From an uncultured delta proteobacterium (GTDB taxonomy: Bacteria; Desulfobacterota; Binatia; Binatales; Binataceae), in contig CAWEEQ010000004.1 of NCBI GenBank assembly GCA_963808235.1, forward strand, positions 3,360,001 through 3,424,000: a stretch of 64,000 bases of DNA, given 5' to 3'. Each line of letters opens with the position of its first letter. Position 1 is the first letter of the stretch. Position numbers and translations under genes: made by a program. This document shows, piece by piece, positions 30,630 through 40,319 of this stretch. The notes beneath the pieces are model-generated. The model was not told where the DNA came from. It did not search any database and saw nothing but the letters and a program-made list of their open reading frames with translations.

Positions 30630-31472
30630 ATGGCAGAATTCGGAATCTCGATGTTCCCCACCGACTACGCAATCCAGCCGATCGAACTCGCGCGCGCCGC
30701 TGAAGAACGCGGCTTCGAGTCGATGTTCTTCCCCGAGCACACTCATATCCCCGCCTCGCGCAAGACTCCCTTCCCCGGCGGCACCGAGCTGCCCAAGGAG
30801 TACTGGCACACGCACGATCCGTTCGTAGCGCTAGGCGCTGCGGCCGCCGTCACCAGGAAGATCAAACTCGGCACCGGAGTATGCCTTGTGATCGAGCGCG
30901 ATCCGATCACGCTCGCCAAGGAAGTCGCATCGCTCGACATGATCTCGGGCGGACGCGTGATCTTCGGAATCGGCGCGGGGTGGAACGTCGAGGAGATGGA
31001 AAATCACGGCGCCGTCTTCAAGCGCCGCTGGAAAATCGTCAAGGAAAAAATTCTCGCGATGCGCCAAATATGGACCAAGGAGGCCGCCGAGTTTCACGGC
31101 GAGTTCGTGAACTTCGATCCGATCTGGGCCTTCCCCAAGCCCGTGCAGGCAGGCGGACCGCCAATTCTGCTCGGCTCGCAATCGCCAAAGACTTTCGATC
31201 GGGTCGCGGAATATTGCGACGGATGGATGCCGATCAATTTCCCGAGATACGACCTCGCCGCGAATCTGAAGGCGCTCGCGGAAGCGGGCAAGAAAGCCGG
31301 CCGGTCGAAACTACCGGTCTCGATGTTCGGAGTCGGCCCCAACGAAGAACACATCAAGAAGTTTCTCGATCTCGGCCTGGACCGGCTCATCTTCGCGCTC
31401 CCGCCGGCACCGCGCGAGACCGTGCTCCCGATGCTCGACAAGTACGCCGAGCTGAAGGCAAAGGCGCGCTGA
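30630..31472 (+). CDS. LLM-class, probably F420-dependent oxidoreductase (Rv2161c-like)
   Basis: Motifs PEHTHIP, DPFV.L and AKEVASLD..SGGR..FG.GAGWN.EE. Confidence 0.9.
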   Translation: MAEFGISMFPTDYAIQPIELARAAEERGFESMFFPEHTHIPASRKTPFPGGTELPKEYWHTHDPFVALGAAAAVTRKIKLGTGVCLVIERDPITLAKEVASLDMISGGRVIFGIGAGWNVEEMENHGAVFKRRWKIVKEKILAMRQIWTKEAAEFHGEFVNFDPIWAFPKPVQAGGPPILLGSQSPKTFDRVAEYCDGWMPINFPRYDLAANLKALAEAGKKAGRSKLPVSMFGVGPNEEHIKKFLDLGLDRLIFALPPAPRETVLPMLDKYAELKAKAR

Positions 31473-31513
31473 AGTTCGGGGCGGTTAGTCTGTATTTTCT
31501 CTATTCCAGACCC

Positions 31514-31560
31514 TTGACTGGATGAGCACATATCTTTAGGCTACTCAGCCTATCGGGTAA
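31514..31560 (+). promoter_or_regulatory. sigma70-like promoter of the rrf2-sulfate operon with an overlapping candidate operator
   Basis: TTGACT (31514), 17-nt spacer, TAGGCT (31537); ATG at 31560. Confidence 0.55.
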
Positions 31561-32018
31561 TGCTCTCCAAGAAGTCCAAATACGCCCTCAAGGCCCTGAT
31601 GGTCCTGGCCAAGGAATACGGCCAGGGTCCGGTGCTTATCTCCGACGTGGCGCAGCGTGAGGGCATCCCGCGCAAGTTTCTGGAACTGATCCTGCTCGAA
31701 CTGAAAAACCAGGGGATTTTGCAAAGCAAAAAGGGCAAGGGTGGCGGATATTTCCTTAACCGCGAACCCAGACTGATCAGCGTCGGGCACATAATCCGCA
31801 TACTGGACGGCCCGATCGCACCGCTGCCTTGCGTGAGCAAGACCGCTTACACGCGATGCCGCGAGTGCCGCGACGAGCGCAGTTGCGGAATCCGAATCGT
31901 GATGAAGGAAGTTCGCGATGCGACCGCCAAAATCATGGACTCCACTTCGCTCGCCGATATGCTGAGCCGGGTTGAGGCAGTCGTGACCGGCAAGGAATCG
32001 CTGAGTTTCGCCATCTGA
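31560..32018 (+). CDS. Rrf2 family transcriptional regulator (4 Cys, probable Fe-S)
   Basis: Motifs KYALKAL, FLE.IL..LK, S.KG.GGGY.L and C-x8-C-x2-C-x5-C. Confidence 0.93.
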   Translation: MLSKKSKYALKALMVLAKEYGQGPVLISDVAQREGIPRKFLELILLELKNQGILQSKKGKGGGYFLNREPRLISVGHIIRILDGPIAPLPCVSKTAYTRCRECRDERSCGIRIVMKEVRDATAKIMDSTSLADMLSRVEAVVTGKESLSFAI

Positions 32019-32060
32019 GTTTTTTTGAAGCATTAGTCTAGTCACCTAATAGGATTAATC

Positions 32061-32255
32061 ATGAAAGCGGACGCGCGACTGAACAACGAAATCGATACCC
32101 CCCTAGACCACTCAGACGACGAAGTCCTGCGCAAGATCGCTAGCGCGATCAGCGGGGTCCGCTTCGGTTCAGTCGAAGTCGTGATCCAGGATTCGCGTGT
32201 GGTGCAGATCGAGCGCAAGGAAAAGTTCCGCTTCGACAAGCCCGGTCGCGCATAA
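32061..32255 (+). CDS. YezD/DUF2292 (OscA-like) small protein
   Basis: Motif RFGSVEVVIQDSRVVQIERKEKFR. Confidence 0.9.
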   Translation: MKADARLNNEIDTPLDHSDDEVLRKIASAISGVRFGSVEVVIQDSRVVQIERKEKFRFDKPGRA

Positions 32256-32420
32256 GGTTTTCAACGTTGGCAACGTCGCAAACATTTTTCGAACACACAT
32301 TTTTCAGAAGAGCTCGCCGGACCGGGGAAGGATCCGGGCGCTCTACGACAAAGCCGTTAATCATTAACCGCGAGCTGACCGGTCATCCGGAAGTTCCCCA
32401 GACGATGAGGGGCTTCCGAG

Positions 32421-33878
32421 ATGAGAAAACACACTTTGCCGATCCGGCCGGTTCTGCTGGCAGCGGTAGTTGCCGGCGCGTTACTCCCCGCGAGGCTGGC
32501 GCATGCACAGGCGAAGCTTTCCGTCGATCCGAAGGATCAGGAAATTGAACTGCTCAAGTCGGAAGTCAAGCAGCTCGAGCATAGGGTCGACACGCTGGAA
32601 GGGCTTGACCAGAAAGTGAAAGTGATCGACCGCAAACTCGAAGTGCAGGCAGAGACCGAGCATCAGAAGTCGCTCGACATGCCGATCGTAAAGGTGGGCG
32701 AGGAGGGATTCTCACTCTCTTCGCCAAATCACGACTACAATATCGGCTTCGGCGGTATCCTCCAGGGCGACGGCCGCTTCTTTACCAGCGGCAGTGACAA
32801 GAACGTGGGCAGTACATTCTTCCTGAACCGAGTGCGCCCGATTCTGACCGGCTCAGTGGACAAGTACTACAATTTCAACATCACACCCGACTTCGGCCAG
32901 GGCAGGGTCACGCTGCAAGACGCCTACCTGAATATCACTTACTGGGATTATGCAAGCCTGAGGACCGGAAAGTTCAAGGCCCCGATGGATCTCGAGCGAC
33001 TGCAGTCCGACCGTGATCTGGCGTTCAGCGAGCGTTCTGAGATTCAGAACCTGGTCCCGAACCGCGACACTGGTTTCAGCCTGCACGGCAGACTTCTGGG
33101 CGGCCGCATCTTCTATGACGCCGCGGTAATGAATGGAGTAGCTAACAACACTGCGGCAGACACTACCGACCTCGACACCAATGACGGCAAGGATTTCGTC
33201 GGCCGCATCTTCGCGACGCCGTTCGAGCTCGGCGAAACTGAATGGCTTAAGGGGCTGGGTTTCGGTATCGCCGGTTCTTATGGCGACGAGCGCGGCAGCA
33301 CTATCTCCACCTACAGGACCTATGGCATGAGTACGTGGTTCTCCTACAAGAGCGGCGTCAGCGCATCAGGCTTGCGCGCGCGCCTCGAGCCGCAGGCCTA
33401 CTACTACTGGCGCAGTTTCGGATTGCTCGCCGAGTACGCCTCGGATCAGCACTCGCTGAATCACTTCGTTAGTACTGCAAAGAAGTTTAAAAATACTACC
33501 GATACCTTCAGGGACGACGGCTACGTCGCGCAGGCCTCCTACCTGCTGACCGGCGAGGATGCGTCCTACGGCTGGGTCAAGCCGTATCATCAGTTCGACC
33601 CGCGCAACGGCACCTGGGGTGCATGGGAACTGGCCGCCCGAATCAGCAACGTGTCCGCCGATCCGCGTCAGTTTAGCCTCGGATACGCCAGTCCGACCAC
33701 GTCCGCGAAGACCGCGACCGAGTACGCGGCGGGCATCAACTGGTACCTCACCAGTCACATCAAGTGGCAGTTCGACTACGCGCGCACGTTCTTCAACGGA
33801 GGCGCGGGCGTGAAAGGCGCGATCAAGGATCGGCCCGACGAAAGCGTCTTCGAGTCGCAACTGCAGATCTCGTTCTGA
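32421..33878 (+). CDS. OprO/OprP-family anion-selective porin
   Basis: Signal peptide and coiled coil; motifs GKFK.P..LE.LQS, LTGE, GAWELAAR and G.NWY; C-terminal Phe. Confidence 0.88.
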   Translation: MRKHTLPIRPVLLAAVVAGALLPARLAHAQAKLSVDPKDQEIELLKSEVKQLEHRVDTLEGLDQKVKVIDRKLEVQAETEHQKSLDMPIVKVGEEGFSLSSPNHDYNIGFGGILQGDGRFFTSGSDKNVGSTFFLNRVRPILTGSVDKYYNFNITPDFGQGRVTLQDAYLNITYWDYASLRTGKFKAPMDLERLQSDRDLAFSERSEIQNLVPNRDTGFSLHGRLLGGRIFYDAAVMNGVANNTAADTTDLDTNDGKDFVGRIFATPFELGETEWLKGLGFGIAGSYGDERGSTISTYRTYGMSTWFSYKSGVSASGLRARLEPQAYYYWRSFGLLAEYASDQHSLNHFVSTAKKFKNTTDTFRDDGYVAQASYLLTGEDASYGWVKPYHQFDPRNGTWGAWELAARISNVSADPRQFSLGYASPTTSAKTATEYAAGINWYLTSHIKWQFDYARTFFNGGAGVKGAIKDRPDESVFESQLQISF

Positions 33879-33887
33879 GGCCACGCG

Positions 33888-34916
33888 ATGTTTAGAAGCA
33901 AATTGATTTATATGCTGGCCGCGATCTTGATCGTGGCGGCGAGCGTTTTCTTCGCTGTCGGTGCGCCGCGTGCGGCTCAGATTACGCTGCTGAACGTATC
34001 GTACGATCCGACTCGCGAGCTTTACGAATCGATCAACGCCCAGTTTGCGAAGGACTGGAAAGCAAAGACCGGCGACGACGTGACGATCAACCAGTCGCAC
34101 GGCGGCTCCGGCAAGCAGGCTCGCGCGGTGATCGACGGACTCGAGGCGGATGTCGTCACGCTCGGCCTGGCCGGCGATATCGACGCGATCGCCGAGAAGG
34201 CAAACCTGCTTCCGTCGAACTGGCAATCGCGCCTGCCAGACAATAGCTGCCCCTACACCTCGACCATCGTGCTGCTGGTGCGCAAGGGAAATCCCAAAAA
34301 TATTCGCGATTGGGATGACCTGGTGAAGCCGGGAATCTCGGTGATCACGCCGAACCCGAAGACTTCGGGCGGCGCGCGATGGAATTTTCTGGCCGCATGG
34401 GGCTACGCGCTCAAAAAGAACGGCGGCGACGAAACCAAGGCGACCGCGTTCGTCAGCGCGCTCTACAAGAACGTGCCGGTGCTCGACTCCGGCGCGCGCG
34501 GCGCGACCACGACCTTTGCGGAGCGCGAAATCGGCGACGTGCTGATCGGATGGGAAAACGAGGCGCGCATGGCGATCAAGCAATTCGGCGCCGACAAGTA
34601 CGAAGTTATCTATCCGTCGATCAGCATCGTCGCCGAACCGCCGGTCACGTGGGTGGACAAGGTCGCGAGCCGCCATGGCACCACAGCGATCGCGAAGGCT
34701 TACCTGGAATTTCTCTATACGCCCGCGGGCCAGGAGATCATCGCGCAGAACTTCTATCGTCCTCGCGATGAAGCTGTGTTGAAAAAGTACGCGGGCCAAT
34801 TTCCGACTCTGCCGATGGCCACCATCGACAAGGATTTTGGCGGATGGAAAAGCGCGCAACCGAAGTTTTTCGGCGACGGCGGCGTATTCGACAAGATCTA
34901 TCAGCCGGGAAGTTGA
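33888..34916 (+). CDS. sbp: sulfate/thiosulfate ABC transporter substrate-binding protein
   Basis: Motifs [24 protein letters not shown] and [12 protein letters not shown]. Confidence 0.97.
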   Translation: MFRSKLIYMLAAILIVAASVFFAVGAPRAAQITLLNVSYDPTRELYESINAQFAKDWKAKTGDDVTINQSHGGSGKQARAVIDGLEADVVTLGLAGDIDAIAEKANLLPSNWQSRLPDNSCPYTSTIVLLVRKGNPKNIRDWDDLVKPGISVITPNPKTSGGARWNFLAAWGYALKKNGGDETKATAFVSALYKNVPVLDSGARGATTTFAEREIGDVLIGWENEARMAIKQFGADKYEVIYPSISIVAEPPVTWVDKVASRHGTTAIAKAYLEFLYTPAGQEIIAQNFYRPRDEAVLKKYAGQFPTLPMATIDKDFGGWKSAQPKFFGDGGVFDKIYQPGS

Positions 34917-34931
34917 GGTAATTCTGAGACG

Positions 34932-35771
34932 GTGACGACGCGACGAACCAACGTACTGCCGGGATTTAACCTGACGCTGGGCTTCACGCTCGCGTATCTC
35001 GGAATCGTCGTGCTGATTCCGCTTTCGACGATCTTCCTCAAAACTTTTACCCTCACCTGGCCGCAGTTCTGGGCCGCGGTCGCGTCGCCGCGCACGATCG
35101 CCGCGTACAAGCTGAGCTTCGGCGCCTCGCTCGCGGGAGCGCTGGTCAACTCGGTGTTCGGATTCATCGTGGCGTGGACGCTGGTCCGCTACGAATTTCC
35201 CGGTAAGACGCTCGTCGACGTGATGGTCGATCTGCCGTTCGCGCTGCCGACCTCGGTCGCGGGCATCACGCTGACCGCGATCTATGCGGGCAACGGATGG
35301 ATTGGCCGGTACCTCGCGCCGCTTGGAATAAAAGCCGCGTACACCCCGCTCGGCGTGGCGATCGCGCTTACGTTCGTAGGCTTGCCGTTCGTGGTTCGCA
35401 CGGTTCAGCCGGTGCTCCAGGATCTCGACAAGGAATATGAGGAAGCCGCGGCAACGCTAGGCGCGACCCGCGCGCAGACCTTCATGCTGGTGATCGCTCC
35501 GGCGCTGATCCCGGCTTTGCTCACCGGCTTCGCGCTCGCGTTTGCGCGCGCGCTCGGCGAGTACGGCTCCGTGGTGTTCATCTCGGGCAACATGCCGATG
35601 CATACCGAGGTGGTGCCGCTGCTGATCATGAGCAAGCTCGAGCAGTTCGACTACGCAGGCGCGACTGCGATCGCGGTCGTCATGCTGGTCGTCTCGTTCC
35701 TGCTCCTGCTCGGGATAAACGTGCTCCAGCGATGGAGCAGCCGGCGTCTCGGTGAGGCCGGAAATGGCTGA
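34932..35771 (+). CDS. cysT: sulfate ABC transporter permease CysT
   Basis: Motifs DLPFALPT.VAG, PFVVRTVQPVL and GEYGSV.FI.GN.P. Confidence 0.96.
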   Translation: MTTRRTNVLPGFNLTLGFTLAYLGIVVLIPLSTIFLKTFTLTWPQFWAAVASPRTIAAYKLSFGASLAGALVNSVFGFIVAWTLVRYEFPGKTLVDVMVDLPFALPTSVAGITLTAIYAGNGWIGRYLAPLGIKAAYTPLGVAIALTFVGLPFVVRTVQPVLQDLDKEYEEAAATLGATRAQTFMLVIAPALIPALLTGFALAFARALGEYGSVVFISGNMPMHTEVVPLLIMSKLEQFDYAGATAIAVVMLVVSFLLLLGINVLQRWSSRRLGEAGNG

Positions 35772-36666
35772 AACCACTGCCCGCGCGGATGTTTTGACTT
35801 ACGAGCCGAAAAATCCCGCCACCGAAGATTCGCCTATCGTGCGGCTCGCGCTGATTTCGATCGCGCTCGCATTCATGGCGCTGTTCGTGTTCATCCCGGT
35901 GATCGCGGTCTTCACGCAAGCGCTCTCGAGCGGTGTCGGCGCCTACTTCGCCGCGATCGTCGATCCCGAGGCGCGCGCCGCGATTCGCCTTACCCTGATG
36001 ACCGCCGCGATCGCGGTGCCGCTCAACGTTGGTTTTGGAATCGCCGCGTCGTGGGCGATCGCGCGCTTCGATTTTCCCGGCAAGCAGGCGCTGCTCACGC
36101 TTATCGACTTGCCCTTCTCGGTATCGCCGGTGATCTCCGGGATGCTCTTCGTTCTCCTGCTCGGCGTGCGTGCGCCAATCGGCGCGTTCCTCGCCGCTCA
36201 CGGGGTCAGGATCATTTTTGCCGAGCCGGGAATCGTGCTCGCGACCATCTTCGTCACCTTCCCGCTCGCCGCGCGCGAACTTATTCCAATCATGCAGGCG
36301 GTCGGCAGCGAGGAAGAGGAAGCTGCGATCGTGCTCGGCGCCGGCGGATGGCAAATGTTTTTCCGCGTGACGCTGCCCAACGTCAAGTGGGGCCTGCTCT
36401 ATGGGATGGTGCTGTGCAACGCGCGCGCGATGGGCGAATTCGGCGCGGTCTCGGTGGTCTCCGGCCATATTCGAGGGCATACGAACACGATGCCGCTGTA
36501 TATCGAGATTCTGTACAATGATTACCAGTTCGCGGCCGCGTTTGCGGTCTCGTCGCTGCTCACCCTGCTCGCGATCGCGACGCTCATCGCCAAGCGATTC
36601 CTGGAGCGCCGCGTGGTTCCGGCAAAACAGGAACCCGAAACGATCGCGCCCAAGGTCGCCGCATGA
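35764..36666 (+). CDS. cysW: sulfate ABC transporter permease CysW
   Basis: Motifs [12 protein letters not shown] and [20 protein letters not shown]. Confidence 0.96.
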   Translation: MAETTARADVLTYEPKNPATEDSPIVRLALISIALAFMALFVFIPVIAVFTQALSSGVGAYFAAIVDPEARAAIRLTLMTAAIAVPLNVGFGIAASWAIARFDFPGKQALLTLIDLPFSVSPVISGMLFVLLLGVRAPIGAFLAAHGVRIIFAEPGIVLATIFVTFPLAARELIPIMQAVGSEEEEAAIVLGAGGWQMFFRVTLPNVKWGLLYGMVLCNARAMGEFGAVSVVSGHIRGHTNTMPLYIEILYNDYQFAAAFAVSSLLTLLAIATLIAKRFLERRVVPAKQEPETIAPKVAA

Positions 36667-37733
36667 GTATCGAGCTTAGAAATATCAGCAAAAAGTTCGG
36701 CGACTTCGTTGCGGTTGATAATATCAGCCTGCATATCGAAACCGGCGAGCTGGTTGCGCTGCTCGGACTTTCGGGCTCCGGCAAAACTACCCTGCTCAGG
36801 ATCATCGCGGGCCTCGAAACTCCCGACACCGGCGAAGTGCTCTTTCATGGCGAGGACGCCAGCGCCGTCAGCGTCCGAGATCGCAAAGTCGGTTTCGTTT
36901 TTCAGCACTACGCATTATTCCGGCACATGACCGTGTTCGAGAACGTCGCGTTCGGACTGCGCGTGCTGCCACGGCCGGCGCGGCCAGACGAAACCGAGGT
37001 CGCGCGCCGCGTCCATGAGCTACTGAAACTCGTGCAGCTCGATTTCCTTGCCGACCGCTACCCGTCGCAGCTTTCCGGCGGCCAGCGCCAGCGCGTCGCA
37101 CTCGCACGCACGCTCGCAGTCGAGCCCAAAGTATTACTGCTCGACGAGCCATTCGGCGCATTGGATGCGAAAGTCCGCCAGGAACTTCGCCGATGGCTCC
37201 GTCGCCTCCACGACGAAATCAAAATCACCAGCGTCTTCGTCACCCACGACCAGGAAGAGGCGCTCGAGCTCGCCAACCGCATCGTCGTGATGAACAACGG
37301 ACACGTCGAGCAGATCGGATCGGCCGAAGAGGTCTATCATCATCCTGCCAACGCCTTCGTCTACAACTTCCTGGGCAACGTGAACCTGTTCCACGGGCGT
37401 ATCGAGAACGGGCGCGTCTTTATCGGCGATACCGCGGTCGAGCTGGAAAATACTCACGCCCACGCGCATCCCGAGACCGGCAAAGCGGTGCTCTACGTGC
37501 GGCCGCATCTGCTCGAAATCGTGCTGCAGCCAAACGGCAAGCAAACTTTTCCCGCCACCGTCAGATCGATTAATCCCGCCGGTCCGCAGGTCAAGGTCGA
37601 GCTGGTCGCCGAATGGGGCGACATGGTCCAGGTCGAGATCAGTCACGATCGCTACCAGATTCTCCACCTGGAGCCAGGCGCCCACGTGTTCCTGCGACCC
37701 AAGGAACAGAAGCTGTTCGTGTATCAGATCTAA
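36663..37733 (+). CDS. cysA: sulfate ABC transporter ATPase CysA
   Basis: Motifs [22 protein letters not shown] and [13 protein letters not shown]; C-terminal TOBE domain. Confidence 0.96.
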   Translation: MSIELRNISKKFGDFVAVDNISLHIETGELVALLGLSGSGKTTLLRIIAGLETPDTGEVLFHGEDASAVSVRDRKVGFVFQHYALFRHMTVFENVAFGLRVLPRPARPDETEVARRVHELLKLVQLDFLADRYPSQLSGGQRQRVALARTLAVEPKVLLLDEPFGALDAKVRQELRRWLRRLHDEIKITSVFVTHDQEEALELANRIVVMNNGHVEQIGSAEEVYHHPANAFVYNFLGNVNLFHGRIENGRVFIGDTAVELENTHAHAHPETGKAVLYVRPHLLEIVLQPNGKQTFPATVRSINPAGPQVKVELVAEWGDMVQVEISHDRYQILHLEPGAHVFLRPKEQKLFVYQI

Positions 37734-37782
37734 TGCTGATTGCGGGAACCGCGCGGCCCTCGAAGCCGTTATCTAATATGCA

Positions 37783-38425
37783 ATGATCAAAAGCGCGAAT
37801 AACAACTCCAATAGTCACAACACACATCTGATCGGCAGGCGAGCATTCGTCGCAGCCATCGCCGCGATACCTGCTATCTTCGCATTCGGATACGCTGAAA
37901 TCGGCAGTCACCTCCGATGCGTCCGGCAATTCGCCGGATTCCGCAGCCTCGGGTATAGTCAAAGTATCGATCGTTGAATTCAGCGATTCCGGAAAAAGAA
38001 AAGGACTCGTGATGGAAGATAAAGTAGTCAAGACGGACGAAGAATGGCGCAAAGAGCTGACCCCCGAGCAGTACGAAGTCACGCGCAAAAAAGGCACCGA
38101 GCGCCCGTTCTCAAACTTGTACGCCGACAACCATGACAAGGGTCTCTACCGATGCATCTGCTGCGGCAACGCGCTGTTCGACTCGGACACCAAGTTCGAA
38201 TCTGGAACCGGATGGCCCAGCTTCTATCAGCCGATCGCGCCCGAGAACATCAAGACCGAAACCGACCGTAAATTCTTCATGAAGCGAACCGAAGTGCTGT
38301 GCGCGAAATGCGACGCCCACTTGGGCCACGTCTTCGACGACGGCCCGCGCCCAACCGGCCTCCGCTATTGCATGAACTCCGCATCGCTAAAGTTCATCAA
38401 GTCCGACGAACCGCAGAAGACCTGA
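37783..38425 (+). CDS. msrB: peptide-methionine (R)-S-oxide reductase MsrB with a Tat-like leader, frameshifted near 37890
   Basis: Core 38009-38425 has GTERPF, GTGWPSF, HLGHVF.DGP and RYCMNS. The upstream frame has GRRAFV plus a hydrophobic stretch. Confidence 0.9.
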
Positions 38426-38431
38426 CGTACA

Positions 38432-38881
38432 TCAGCGATCGACTAGCTGCCACTGGATCAGCGTGAACCCTTCGACGTGATCCTCGAACACCGCTTCGAC
38501 CTCGGCGTCGATCTTCACCTCGCGCATCGCATCGCCGAGCAGGTTGCCAACCATCCGCACCTTCCCGGCGTCCCCAAGCTCGACGACAACTACAATGTAC
38601 GGGCACGCCGACTTCAGGGCCGGATGCGCCGGATGCCACACCCGCTCCCAACTGTAGATGCGCCCACGGCCCGACACGCGATGCCATCCGACGTCGAGCG
38701 TGTGGCACTTGTGACAAATCCACTCGGGACCGAACTGAAACGTCGCGCATTTATTGCAACGCTGCACGACCAGTTCATGGCGGCGCGCCGCCTCCCAGAA
38801 TTCACGATCGAGACCGTCGTGCATCGCGGCCGGCGCGGGCATTCCCGCGGGCAGATAAGTTTTCGATTGGTCGTCCATCAC
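38432..38881 (-). CDS. DUF35 Zn-ribbon/OB-fold protein (thiolase partner)
   Basis: Motifs FWEAA..HEL..QRC..C, C..C, SGRG.IYSW and PY.V..VEL. Confidence 0.9.
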   Translation of the reverse strand: MMDDQSKTYLPAGMPAPAAMHDGLDREFWEAARRHELVVQRCNKCATFQFGPEWICHKCHTLDVGWHRVSGRGRIYSWERVWHPAHPALKSACPYIVVVVELGDAGKVRMVGNLLGDAMREVKIDAEVEAVFEDHVEGFTLIQWQLVDR

Positions 38882-40052
38882 TCACCTGCGAAGGATCAGA
38901 TCGCTCACCGGCGCGACCATCGGGCCCGACACCACGATTGAAATCTCGGCGTCCTTGACCTGGCAGGTCGATGTGCCGCGCACCTGTCGCGCCGCCTCGA
39001 TTATCAGCTCGAGTCCGTGCATGTAGCACTCGGCCAGGTTTCCGCCGCTGGTGTTGATCGGCAGCCGGCCATTGGGCCAGGTCAGATTCTCGAACGTGCA
39101 GAAATCCATCACCTCGTTCGGATGACAAAATCCATGCTCGACGAGACTCGTCATCACCGCACCGGTGAAGTTCTCGTAAACCTGCGCAACGTCGACGTCC
39201 TTCGGCTCGATTCCCGCCATCGCGTACAGACGTGGCGCGAGCGTTTTGAAATTGGAGGTCGAGTAGTCGGGGCCATTCTCGGCAGCGGCGCCTTGGCGGA
39301 AATCGGAACCCTGCGCTGACGCCATCACGTACGCCGGGCGCTGCTTCAGATCGCGCGCACGCTCGGCGCTGGTCAGGATCACCGCCGCCGCGCCGTCGTT
39401 CTCCATGCAGCAGTCGTAGAGATGAAACGGCTCGACGATCCATCGCGACTCGTCGTAGTCCTTGCGCGTGAGCGGCTTGCCGTACATCACAGCGCGCGGA
39501 TTGAACTGCGCGTGGTGATAGCAGGCCATCGCGATCGCCGCGAGCGGGTCCTGCGTGATGCGATGCTCGTGCATGAAGCGGCGCGTCCGCAATGCGATCC
39601 ATTGCGCAGGCGTCGACATGCCGTACGGCCACGTGTACGCGGGCGCGCCGGAGATAGTGCGAATCGCCGGGGTCTGCCCGAAGCGGCCGAACTGCCCCTG
39701 CGCGAGTGCTCGATACACCACGACGCAGGTCGCGAAGCCGGCGACGATCGCGGCGGCCGCGTTGCCGATCGCGCCCGAGCCCCCACCACCGCCGCCGCCC
39801 CAGAACATGTTGGAGAAGCGCAACTCGGGGAGTCCGAGCGCGGTCGCGACGCGCACCGAGTCATTTCGATCGTTGCTGTAGGACGCGATTCCGTCGATCG
39901 CGGTGACCGGGATTCCTGCGTCGTCGGCGGCGCGCGCGAATCGCTTCGAGCGCCAGCCGAAACTCGCTGACCGGCGCGGCGCCGCGCTTGTAGTAGGCAG
40001 TCTCGCCGACTCCGGCGATAGCCACCTTGTCTTTGATGGTGAATTCGCTCAT
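38882..40052 (-). CDS. SCP2-type thiolase-like protein (Ltp2-like), frameshifted near 39930
   Basis: N-terminal AIAGVGET; motifs DCC.ENDG, YENF and NTSGGNL.ECY.HG; N-terminal catalytic Cys absent. Confidence 0.87.
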
Positions 40053-40319
40053 CGCGGGCTTCTGCTCAGATCGCCTTAGCGAAATGCGCGCGAGAATCCA
40101 AGCGAAAGAGACAAGCCGGAGGATCGCAATTTTGGCGGATCTGGCTGTTTTTGAGTACCTTGCCGAGTCTTGACGGCGAAGGCTTGACGGCCAGGTTCTG
40201 AATCACGGGCAGGGACGCCCGTGCCACCGATCGGGGGATGGGAGATGCCACTGATCGGGGGAGAAATTGTCGTTGATCGAACACGAACCTATTGTAGCGA
40301 GTTGGATGGACAACGGTTG

